Below are positions 28,951-40,758 of a stretch of 64,000 nt of DNA, in pieces. The notes under the pieces were generated by a model. The model was not told where the DNA came from, did not search any database, and saw only the letters and a list, made by a program, of their open reading frames with translations. The stretch lies in NCBI GenBank assembly GCA_051294905.1, contig CM119378.1:3350001-3414000 (forward strand), read 5' to 3'. The position numbers and the translations under genes are program-made. This stretch comes from Botryllus schlosseri. Lineage: Eukaryota. The stretch's first letter is position 1, and every line of letters starts with the position of its first letter.

Positions 28951-30576
28951 TATATGTGGATGCAACTATTTTTAGTCGGTAGCAGTTATCATCTTTATAT
29001 ACCACTGTTCGTTTAAAGATTGTGATTAGTAGCTCCGTACCTAATTTAGTTCCATATAAGTTATCTATCTTTATAGATCTGTCTTGCAGACTTAATCGGT
29101 TTATGCATTTTGTGACAGCACACTGTTGTTTCGTAAAACGTAAAGGTTTGCAAACAATAAACAGTGTATTGTTGGTATATTATGTAGAAGAGAATTGTTC
29201 CCTCCGGCACGTGACCCAAATATGTGGCCCTTTGAACTTGTTTTGAAACATTAAAAGATACAGAATGCCTGCTTTTCCAAAGAAAAAAGTGCTTATCATG
29301 ATAACTTGAAAGTATTTATCATCATTAATCTCCGCCTGTACTTATCATGCTAATTCTTTTTCTCCAGTTTCCATATACTGTCACATTTTATCGGAATCGA
29401 GGAAAGCTGTTTCTGAACTTTTTTTTTGTGGGGGGGGGGGGGTTAATGCCATGATATAAAGGGATTCTTTTGCATTGTCTATTATAAACAACCAGATGAA
29501 TGGAAACTGCTTACTAACAAAAGCGGTATTTTGCGAATCGCGCATCACGGCGGAAGCCTAATTCTCAAATCTAAATTCAACGTAACCGTTCTAGGACGGG
29601 GCTCATGCACTTTCGGACCAAAACGCTATTTCTCCGTAAGTATGTAGTGAGTTTGGTCCGAAAGTGCACGAGCCCCGCTAGTTCGTCAATGACATGTTCC
29701 GGAATCATCATCCGGAAGTGGACGAAAACATTGAAAATTTTGACATTATCATATATTTTCGACTTTCTGAAGCTTAAACTATGTCCGTGGTAGAAAACAG
29801 ACCTCCAAATTTTGATCGATGATCCTTGCTTGAGGTTTTATCAATATTAATCCCCTAAAATAACAAATTCACTATGAGACTAGCGTCGATGCATCGAAAA
29901 CACACAGGGAAATGCCACGTTGACAATGTGTCGACGTGTGTGCCGATTAAGTTACCTAAAATCCTTGTGCTCGTGAACTCATCCACGCCCTTTCACGGAC
30001 TCATTTGAGTCCGCGGACTCGCGGTTGAGAAACACTGCAGGGGGACGTTATGACAAAAAGGTTATGCATAAGAGATTGATCCGCTGTGGCAACTCATTTG
30101 GATATGTCGAAACATATAGAAAAATACATGTCGTACGGTCTCAATATCGCGTGACGCAACGACAATTACATGCGATCAACAGTAATACTCGATAGGAAAC
30201 TTGCGCGATGATGTTGCGGAGGAACCACGTGGCAATCATCCAATTTTCAGCACCCATCGATGACGACGAATCCAGCACAACGACGACGTCCATCTTCGCG
30301 TGCGGCGGGCAAGGTCCTGCGCAATAATAGCATTGCCATTTCCTCACAATCTATTATTATCGATTGCGTCGTCCGCTTACGAGTGCAGCATGGCGCTGGA
30401 TGACTCCACTCTTTAGATGATTCGCACTTGTTGGTGGAAAAGCCTCGGAAGTATAGAGAGTAGCCTGGTTCGGTGCAAGTAAAATTACACAGGGAATTGA
30501 CGTAGTTGGATCTGGTGCACGACACGACGCCGTGTCGTAGAGCATCCCTCGGCGGCTGGCAAAGATCCGCTATATG

Positions 30577-31933
30577 CAGGCCGTGTTATTTTTGGCACAT
30601 GCCAAAACTGCCAAAAATAACTTATTTTTGGCATTTTTCGATTTTTATTTTTGGCAGTTTTGGCATCGTCCTCTAAATAGATAGTTTAAGACACGAATTA
30701 GTCGCAAAAACGCTTTATTTGGGCTAGTTTGTCAAGAGACACCACAAAACGTGCAGCATCCACGTATAATCAGTGCTAAGAAACAATAATAAGAAGAAAA
30801 AACCTAACGATTTCATGGGTTGATAATATCAAACGAAACCACAGAATATGCAGTATCCATCGGAATCGGTGCTTATAAGCAAAAAAAGAAAGAAAAGCCT
30901 AACAAACACGCTCAACAGCTGATTGTTACAGCGGTTGAATAGACTGAAATCATTTGCAATGTAACAGTGCTTCCAAACTCAGGTCAGCTAAGTTTCTCCT
31001 AAATTCGTTTCTCGCCCAGCGAATCTGGGAAATATCGGCTTCAACGGTACCCGTTGAGGGAAAAAATGTTGCCAGTCATCCACAAAAGGTTTTCAGAGCT
31101 TCAAAATCTTTGGAGGGCCGAACCGGCATCCATGCATCATGAAAAGCGATCACTTCGCCAGTGCCATCGATCTCATCGCGGAAAGAATTTTCTTCCCGAT
31201 CCTTTTCCAGGAGTTTCCTGTGTTGTCTCTCAACACATTCTATTTAGTAGCCCGACTATCTTTTCTCCTTCAGTCTACTGATATATTTTCGGGGGACTTT
31301 TGTCACTTCAGGTGGCTTTAATATTACCAACTCGCATGGAAGAGTCCTGGGAAGGTTAGCTTGTTTAGGAACATTTACGCAACAAGACTGTCTGGAAAAA
31401 CGAGACTATTCAGCTCAGAAATAGCCAGACAGTTTGTTGCTTCACAATGTTCAACTCGATCACAATGCAAAATTCGTGGTTGATTTTGGGGGTTCCAGTT
31501 CCATGAACAGAATATAGTTTATATTTTAATAATCAGTACTGCGGCAGCTTCTCATTGATACCCGTTTTATCAAATTTAGCGCTCGACAAGCCTGTCAAAA
31601 ATGGTCGTAAAATTGCCTTCGGACAAATGGAAAGTATGACGTAAACCAAATGCAGTCAGCCGTTCAATCTCGCAGTGCCCACACCATTTAGGACACTATG
31701 CTTTCACCCCTAATGGGTGGGTTGGACCCAGATTAAGAAACCTGCTATTCACAAACGCTCTTCTAGCTTGTAACGCGGTCCTGTTTACACAACACCATGA
31801 ACGAAATACACTATTTGGCAGGCCGTGTTATTTTTGGCATGTGCCAAAAATTGCTTATTTTTGGCATTTTCAAATTTTTATTTTTGGCAGTTTTGGCATC
31901 TGGCTCCTGAAATGCCAAAAATAACACGGCCTG
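30577..31933. mobile_element. hAT-type element inserted in the CCP2 splice acceptor of cassette C; contains a transposase remnant and a foldback arm
   Basis: CAGGCCGTGTTATTTTTGGCA TIRs, TTTTGGCA repeats and TSD GCTATATG (30569-30576/31934-31941). Confidence 0.9.
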
Positions 31934-32275
31934 GCTATATGCGTAAAAGCAAAACGTGAGCAAATTTTGCGCGTTACTGCTACGAAGTCTGTATCGCGTT
32001 CGCATGTCGGGGATGTATGAAACAGTCTGGGTCCGTCTGGTGTCCCGATGCATTGGCTGCGTAAAATTCGTAAATTTACGAATACTGTATATGAATAATA
32101 TCAGTGATAGCCGATCTATGAGCGATGCTTGTAGTTTGCACAATGATAAATACGTAACTTCTATGATCATTGATCATGGACGGGCGTATATTTGATGCCT
32201 ACCGAATCCATTATTAAAACAGACGGATTACTGATTACAAATATTTAGACTTGCGAACACACTCAAATTCCATAG

Positions 32276-32567
32276 CGGTTCGAATCCCGGTTAGAACTAA
32301 CTTATATGTGTCGGAAGTTATATGGGCTCCTCATCGCCGACCTGACTGCAATTGCAGTGACTTGAAAAACCCGGAAATTTCATTGAGCCGAGCAGCCGGC
32401 ATTGAGTCGGCAGCAAAAGAACCGATGGAGCACGTCTGAAAGAGACTGCCTGAGAGTGCAAGACCTGAAGAAATGAATTGAGCTGTACAAAATTGTCATG
32501 TCGTGGAGCACAAAGCCTTAAACAGGCTAAAAGCACCAGTGTTGTGTCTGTGTGTAATAATAATAAC
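32276..32567 (+). mobile_element. 5'-truncated tRNA-derived SINE
   Basis: B box GGTTCGAATCCC, core TATGTGTCGGA..T.TGGGCTCCTCATCGCCGA shared with the copy at 55565, and a (TAA)n tail. Confidence 0.75.
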
Positions 32568-35004
32568 AATAATATCAGTGATAGCCGATCTATGAGCCTT
32601 GCTTGTAGTTTGCAGAGATGTATATACGTAACTGCTGTGATCATCGAACGGGCCTATATTTGATGCCTACCGAATCCATTATGATAACTGACGGATTATT
32701 GATTACAAATATTTCGACTTACGAACACACTCAAATTCCGTAGCGGTCGACCACAATCCGTCAAATCCGCATGACGTCTCGATGTATTTGTAGTTCCTGC
32801 TAGATCAGAGTACGCCTTGCAGGATAAGCTGCAATTGCTGCCAAAGTTGTTTTCGTCCGAACAGGACACCACTCCCCAGTCTGGCGTTGATATTGCGGGA
32901 CAAACTGACGCACCTCCGGCTGAAAATAATCGGCCTCAACGCGTACCCGTGCATGAAAAAAGCACACCGACAAAAATTATTTATGAATTAGGGAAATATT
33001 TCCTTGTTGTTCACGATCTCACAAATTGATTGGCGATATTCATCGCTCTTCTCATCTTTATTTGTCAAAAGTGTAGTGTGAGATGTTGCGTATACACTAT
33101 TCAATCCAACATAGCAGTGGTGGCTTTTGGGGTGAGCGAGATGGACGGTCGCCCGGGGCCACACCGTTTTTGAAGAGCCCCCCTTCTTGGTTTACGTACT
33201 TTTTTCAAACGTTATCGTTTCACGAAACACCGCGATAATCAGTGTACTCATCAAGAAGATGATACCGTATAGCGATGGGTTATTCATCAAATCTCTGCAT
33301 TTGTTAGAAAAGTCCCATATACTTGGTTTCACTGCAAATGACCGATTTTACTACTAGGAAATGTTAATTCCTGCAGGTTTTAGGCGATTTGGTTTGTAAT
33401 CACACTTGTGACGTAATATGGTGCAAAAAGAAATAGAAGGTGGAGGGATGTGTGCAAGGGGGGTCTGGGGGCGGAGCCCCCCATAAGCTGCGATTACGTG
33501 CACATAGGGTCACCCCTTAGTTTCGGATTCAACAATACTATAGATTCTGGGTTCCCATTGTTATTCGATATGCGAAATATAGTTGCAAAAATACATAATC
33601 ACCTTGTATCTCGATCCCAATCGACAGCAATATCACACCAGCTAGCATTGTGTTTTTTTCTAAAGTTATTAGGTCTGTCGTTGAACAAAAACTTTAGTAG
33701 TAGTAATTAAAATGAAGGCACTGTCGACACATAGCCTGTATTGTAATGTAAAGTCGCAACTTATCGACCTTTTCTTGTGTGGCACTCAAACTGCAACCTA
33801 CCTTTTATATGGTGTACCGTACGACAAACATTGCACGCGCGGAAGAACGCCAATACAGCCTTCGGATAAAAGGAAATCCCCACAATATAATTCCTGGTAA
33901 AACAGTCAATAGTTACGTTATAGTTTATGTCATCATGTTGAAGTGTAGCTCCAAGACTTTTGCACATTTAACTGTAGTCGCAAGAATATCAAAAAGAAGA
34001 CTAGCTTGGATTAGCTTGGAAACCACCATGATCTTATAAATCGTTGAAATGAAATCACCGGACAATATTCGGAAATATACATAACATCGGTAAAGCTAAA
34101 TTCAACGGAACAGGTTGCGGCCTGCAAAAGTTCAACGAAAACATTACGTGGGACTGGTGGTGGTGGTGGTAGCTTACCGCCGTAAAGCGCGTTGGCACAA
34201 GAACGTTCCGCTGCATGATACTACTGATATTTGTGCCAACGCGCCACCGTCATTCCCGCTTAACGTTTTGGTTGAGCTTGTCAAATGTTTGCATTATATT
34301 CTGCGGTGTCTTAATTTCTAATAATTTTTAAATTGAAAGCACTGAATTACGATGTTAACACAGGCTTCTGGGTGGATGTGTTACTATTAGGCAATTAGGA
34401 AGTTAAAGTACAAAAATAATATTTATCCCACGTAATTATATTCAAAACAACGGCAAACAAGAAACATTGTTAACTCAATTTTTAATCACACCAACCCCTA
34501 GACACGTCCTTCTATTAAGACACCAAAATGTATGGGATGTTACAGCTTGGTCACTATCCCGAGAAGTGTTTTAGTTGGGTAAAATCGTCCTGTTGTTTTG
34601 GTAATTCGCTGGCAGGTTTTCTGAATTCGTCTTCTCGTAGCCTCAGCCGAGTGACTGCGTGTTCATGTCATAATCCCGACTTAAATTAGCCAATGTTATA
34701 TCGACTTTCTTTTGAATCTAGATTACGCTACGTAACCACGGTGAACAAATAAACACTGAACAGCCTTCAACGTAAACGCAGTTCCGGTTCAATTTATATA
34801 CAGCCCATGTTTTTAGTACACATTCAAATGTATAATTCAAAATTCGAAGCCACTTTTCGCGGTCCGTATCTGGCCCGCGGGCCGTAAAATGCCAATGTCT
34901 GCCCTACGCGAGTCTACAAGCCTTCGGCAGACCGCTAATTTTCAGTGAGTCACGAAAACAAGTCTTCTACATTACAAAATCACTACACATGTAATATATT
35001 ACTT

Positions 35005-36553
35005 CAGTGCTTTTCAACCTTTGTGACGGTTCGCACTCGTGCGAATGAAAAACATTACAGTGAGAATGACGAAGGTGGCGCGAATGAAAATCTTGAATAG
35101 TTGTTAATTTTTCAGACGTGGAATAATTCAAATAAACCTAGTATGAAATTGAAGGGCGTAGTTGCGACGCAATTGTTAAACTTGTTTAACTTACGACTCA
35201 TCACAAATCGCAGCTCTCACAAGCCATAGTGAATTAATATTTTCGCACTATAATTACTACGTAACCAAAAGCCTGGTTTGGGAGCTGGTGTAGTGGCAGA
35301 CATACAGTATATCAGCCCGTCTGAGCCTGCGACAGGCTGGAAAAATGACGTCAAATTGACTTTCTGCTTTCTTTCGCTAAACAATCATCATAATTTCGCG
35401 ATAACTCTTCGATAAGCGCGAGGCACGGGGATAGTATAGTAGATACCATCACATTTGCATGTGACTGTCACGAAAATTTTACCCCTTGAAGGGTTATTAA
35501 AGTATTGACCGCAAAGGGTATAATTTTGGGTCGACGCGGGGCAGAGCTATCTCTTAATATGTATGTAATATTAGTTGAATTTATTGCAAAAAATCCTGCG
35601 ATAGTTTTTACATATCCAAGGTCACTGTGTTGGGCACTGTAGCCTTAGCCAATAAGCGAGACACACAGAAATATGACTTGATCATGAGAATCTGCCGACC
35701 TTTCGTTTGAATTCATGATAATATTTGTCCACAGTTTTTTTTCTGGAAAACATGGACGAAGGCCGTTGAGGTGAACTAGTGTAGGGGTGGGCACTGAGCG
35801 AGTTCAGGCCTATGAGACTCATTCATTTCGAGGCATGGGTGAGGCTCGGGTCGCGAGATGCCACAAAAACTCAGATTTTGGTAGTAGTCTAAAAAGATGC
35901 TTTAAGGTTATTAAAATGTTATGAAGTGTCGAACACACAGTATCGTGAGTTCATTTGCTCTTCTCAAATACTCGCGAGACAGAAAATGGGAAATCGAGAA
36001 TAAAAAAGAACACAATTTGGAGCAACGTATCACAAGGTAGCGAACTCTAATGTGCCTACTCTCATTGATCGTTTTGGACCTTATTTTCCCATACATGAGG
36101 CAAAAGCCTCAACACAAACATGTAGGTTTTTCACCCTTTCGACAAACTGGAGCCTCCGGGACCCTTTGTGTCAGCTCTCAAAAACGATTTCTGCCAGCAA
36201 GCGTTTTCACTCGCGAAAAATACGTTGTATTTGGGATAAGAGTGCAGAACAGAATTTAAGACCTGGCTATCCAGGCACTAGTAGACGTTCCTGTACAAAA
36301 ACCAACAACTGGTTTGGCCGAGAAGGGTTTTAGTGAAATAGTTGAAATCAAAACGAGCGGAAAAGGTTGCCTTTTTAATGAGACACGTGATAGCTTAAGC
36401 TACATAATAGTAGCCAATTTGTTGGACATCTGAACAAAATGTTGTTAAGTATCTTTATCTTCTTTTTGTATAACAATTCCCGGTTAGTTTGTGCGAATGA
36501 AATTTATTTTACAAAAATAGTGCGCATGGAGCTCAAAAGGTTGAAAAGCACTG
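35005..36553. mobile_element. hAT-Charlie MITE (a second left end starts at 36607)
   Basis: CAGTGCTTTTCAACC...GGTTGAAAAGCACTG with TSD TATTACTT/CATTACTT and GCGAATGA subterminal repeats. Confidence 0.82.
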
Positions 36554-38051
36554 CATTACTTACATTGTGCGCCCGGAAACACCGGTCAAGCAACAATGAT
36601 TTAGCTCAGTGCTTTTCAACCTCTGTGACGGTTCGCACTTGTGTGAATGATAAAAATTTCAGGGCGAATGACAAGCGTAGTGCGAATGGTGCGACTGGAA
36701 ATCCGGATGAGTGCGAGTGAGAATTGTCCATATTTCTCACTTTTTCTGACATGGAATAATTCAAAGAAACTTAATAAGATATTAAGTATAGCGAGTCCGT
36801 AACTTTTGTCGTTTGGACGCAATTCTAAAAACTTGTTAGTAGGTTTGCTATACTATAGTTCACAAGTGAGGAACTCTCCCGATGCTTTTATATTGCAAAG
36901 TTTGAGAGAAGTTTTCCGCCTTAGAAGATTACGTGTCACTGCCTCGAAAAGAAGAAGTAGAGGAATTGGTATCAGTTGCTCGGAAATATCCGCCGTGTTC
37001 GGACCTATAGAGGTGATAGCAGCCGATGCCAGTGTTGACATTTGGCATATTTGAATGCAAAGTATTGGAATTTTGGCACATATTCATGTTGGTTGGCACC
37101 AGGATTTTTTGTTTATCACGTTGGCACTTTCGACTTTCTTCAACTTTAACAATTAGCACAGTAACAAGTGTTGTTTACTCGTATACCTAACCAAGTATTA
37201 GAGGCTGTTGAAAAATAAAATTAGATTGCTGTCCAAGTCCGGTCGCGGGCCGAATCTGGCACGCCAGACGATTTCATCCCACCCGCGAAGCAATTCTGAG
37301 AAGATTGGAATATACATGTATTATCATTAACATTTTTAACAAATTTTGAAACTTTTTGTGTGAAATACTTCCATTGCATGGTCCCTAAAGACAGCAAATG
37401 TCGAACACGTGCTTTTTGTGGAATGTGCATTGTACATGTACATAGATCACATTATGTCCATCTGACGGAAGTGTCCCGGTTTCACACTATTCTCCATCAG
37501 GACCAGAGTCGGTGACATTGACACCAAATTCCGAGAAATGAAAAAATTGCATACTGAGTTCACAGTATTTTGGGGAAATGAATCAATATGTAGTTTTTTG
37601 CAGAAGCGAAAACGCCAATGCAAAACCGTTTTATCGGTTATTCCAAAACTGTGCGCAGCGGCACACTAGTTTTTCAATTATGGCGCGAATCTTTTTGGAA
37701 TTTTGAAACAAACTGTATAAGTATTCTAAATAAGGCATGTAACCATGCATATACATTATGCAACTTAATATCGTTCTAACTATTGTTCAATATCTGATCA
37801 ATATAATCATTAATTACTACGGCGATTCAAAAAGTTGTCAAAATCGTAGCGTTAGGTCAAAACATTGTCAAAATTGTTTACAAAGTCAAAAATATTTTGC
37901 AACCTGCATTCCGTTTGTATCGTAGATATCTGCGCTGTCGGTGAACTTATTTGACATTTTACATCTTGTAGCCTAGTTTATAGGCCTGCCGTTATAGACG
38001 ACCCTTTGTCTGCTTATTGAGAAGCATAAGCGGTCGAATGAAACAAATATA

Positions 38052-39130
38052 TGAAGAGACTCTTTGGGGTACAGAACTTTAATATACATTTTAATAATAT
38101 ATTCATAGCAGAAATATATTAACACCCGAAGCTTTTCGAGCTGTTCAGGGGCAATCGTCAGCGAATGGAGAATTTTAAAAACACGCATCTAGCTAAACTG
38201 CATACAGCCACTTATGACGTCATAGAAACAAACAGCATGAAATACAGGCTAACCGCGAGCGCAGCTAGCTAAAATTAAACGCGGAGCTGGAATATATCCG
38301 CAAAATTCTAATCGATAACGGGTACCCCGAACATATCATCAAGAGTTCTGTGAACAGAAAACTCAGTAACTTCAATCCCAGCAAATCACAAAACACGAAC
38401 ACACGGTCTGAGGAGAATGTATATATACATTTACTGTGGCTGGGCCCCATCTCTTCCCGTTTTGAAAAACAATTGATTTCTGCTGTAAATCGCTGTTACG
38501 ATAACGTAGAAACTAATGTTGTGTTTACCACCAAACAATTGCTTCCTGCATCGCGCAAAGATGTTCTTCCTGCTTCTCAACAAAGCAATATAGTCCATGA
38601 TTTCAAGTGCCACTGTGATTGTCGGTACGTGGGAAGAACAACTCAACGCTTGTAGGAACGCATCAAACAACATGTTCCAAGCGTTATTAGATCGCGCACG
38701 CATTAGACTCTCGCGAAGATGCAGCCGAAACTGATCTGCGATTACTAGAACGTAATCAGGCCATGGCAATGAATGGCTGAGAATGCAACTTGCGCTAAAC
38801 ACTATCGCGATGAATGATTCTCTATATATTAGGCAGAGGCCGCACTCATTTCCATCTGTCTGCACTGGAGCCGACTTTCATTAAAATCCACCGACCGCGC
38901 TTGCGTCAGCAGAAAGAAGTTTTAGGCAATCTAAAAATTGTCCACTACCTGCGCTCGCGGTTTGCCTGTATTCCATGTTGATTGTTTCTATGACGTCATA
39001 ATTGGTTGTATGCGATGTTGCTAGATGCATGTTTTTAAAATTCTCCATTCGCTGACGATTGCCCCTGAAGAGTGTCAGCTCGAAAAGCTTCGGGTTTTAA
39101 TATATTTCTGCTATGAATATATTATTTAAA
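38052..39130 (+). mobile_element. Penelope-like retroelement, 5'-truncated, with an inverted pseudo-LTR at the 5' end
   Basis: Reads ELEYIRKILIDNGYP...SNIVHDFKCHCDCRYVGRTTQRL*ERIKQH (GIY-YIG endonuclease). ~38090-38268 is the inverse of ~38945-39130. A ~20-bp imperfect TSD lies at 38032-38051/39131-39150. Confidence 0.88.
39051..39095 (+). ncRNA. Minimal type I hammerhead ribozyme motif in the Penelope pseudo-LTR
   Basis: gccc-CUGAAGA-G(ugucagcu)C-GAAA-agcu-UC-gggu: intact core boxes, stem I, palindromic loop III. Predicted cleavage is after C39091. Confidence 0.75.
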
Positions 39131-40758
39131 GGTAGATTGAAACAAACATAGTTTGACATGGTGCTTTGCTCAACGTACCGCAATATCCTAACTGAAGCAA
39201 GACTGTGTGGGCTTTCGTTCTTATATCAAGAAGTGCATAATGAAAAATTGTGATAGGGTTGCCATACGTCCGGAATTTCCCGGACATGTCCGGAATTTTA
39301 CTTTTCAAACTGAGAGGAAATTCTAAAATATGCCTGAATGTCCGAAATTTTGAAGGTTTGAATCGAGTGTTATTTTCGGTTTATTTTTGTCGCTGTGACA
39401 CGGGGGGACGTGGAGCCCAGAGAAGCCTCTGACGGAGGACCCAGGCCGCCTGCGATTGCGTCGCCGACACTCACCACTATATACACTACCTTCCCGCTAT
39501 CTCCACGCTATCTCCCACTCATTTCTATGCAGCTTACATGAAGAATATAATGGTTACACCAACAATATAGTTCAAATATGTGGTTGCACTTCTGCATCTC
39601 TTCTGACTCTAAAGGCACCCGGCCTCCGGGGAATTTCGAACGAGGATTTGATAATATCAATTATTATTATTACAATCAACGAAATTCCAACGTCCGTGTT
39701 TACAGCTAAATTTCTTGTATTCCTTACTGACGCTGACGCATAGAAATATGTCATCTTATATCATCGCCAGAGCCACTGTCTTTTACCATTCACCATTGTA
39801 TCCTACCGGTCAATCGACGTATTTTTGCCAATTTCATTGTTTGTGCATAAAGTTCTTGATAGAATAGAGCGATTCTATTAGGCACACTAATTTAATATAC
39901 CATTATGTGCATAGGCATGATAATAAAAGATTCGAGCGAAAAACAAGGGTATGTAGGCCTATATTTGGAGGTCATACTCTGGAATCAGTCTGCGAGCGAT
40001 CAACAGGTTTGGCTAGCTACAAGGCTACCGAAGTTAAGTTTGACACCTCTGGTCTGTGCTTTCCAGTGCGACGTGACGCAATTTACGCTCTCGCCAATTA
40101 CATGCGATTGACAGCACTTAAATTATCTGGGTTCCTCCTCGCTACGTGATCCGCTTAAGCGCTGTCTTATAAAAGGCCAAGAAGTGGGTCATGCTGCAAG
40201 TCGGTAAACACGGAATAAAAAATAGAGAATATCGGCCTTGTGTAAAATGATCAACGTAGTCGAAACACCATGAATATCGAAAACAAACAGAGCAGCACCG
40301 GGGCTTACGATATCGATGTAGCTGCTTTGAATATTGACTGTCGTGTCGTATAAAATTACGTTCATAGGATAACTCATTGGAATCGTTGCCTTCATTAATC
40401 ATATAGTATCGTATACGTGTCACAGTTCAGTTACACATGGGTAGATATTGATCCGATTAATACATCGTTATATTCGTACAGTTATCTCCAACAGGGCCAC
40501 TGAGAGACAACTTGGTTGGTGGCTCAAGTTAGCAAAAGGGGGTTTCTTATCAGCACATTCGATTGTCCTGCGTGAATTCCATGATCTGGCGGTTTTTATC
40601 TTCTGCACAGACATGCCCGTAACATCATCCCAGATACTATTGTCATTGTCAGGGATTAATCAATCGAAAGCTACTTTTAATCTGGCCAGGCCAGCACTTG
40701 AAACCGCCAAAAATCACCCTCAAAGTTGGGGATTGGCATCGTTATTGACATTCGCAAC

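Larger units (their letters stand above)
26205..30037 (-). mobile_element. hAT (Buster/Charlie/ZBED5-like) DNA transposon, decayed autonomous copy in an intron of cassette C
   Basis: TIRs CAGCGGTTCTCAACC...GGTTGAGAAACACTG flank a transposase pseudogene. The element is absent from the matching intron of cassettes A and B. No TSD is recognisable. Confidence 0.88.
24960..32919 (-). pseudogene. CCP-CCP-vWA cassette C; exons 32723-32919, 30381-30569, 30205-30316, 25819-25970, 25366-25529, 24960-25130; probably disabled in its CCP part
   Basis: Exon-for-exon paralog of A ending CGDPCET*. CCP1 exon is 197 nt versus 201 nt in A (4-nt deletion near 32787, a frameshift). A MITE is inserted in the CCP2 acceptor, and vWA exon 1 has a GC donor. 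The vWA exons remain open. Confidence 0.75.

Noticed and set aside
36806..37159. Overlapping ORFs inside a MITE-like region
   Set aside because: No diagnostic transposase residues recognised.
38124..38152. Third hammerhead copy (minus strand)
   Set aside because: A 6-nt deletion destroys CUGANGA and helix II, so it is not called as a functional RNA.
39572..39754. Minus-strand ORF with a hydrophobic run and RVRR as the 5' exon of the CCP-vWA gene
   Set aside because: It ends in a stop, has no convincing donor and no homology support.
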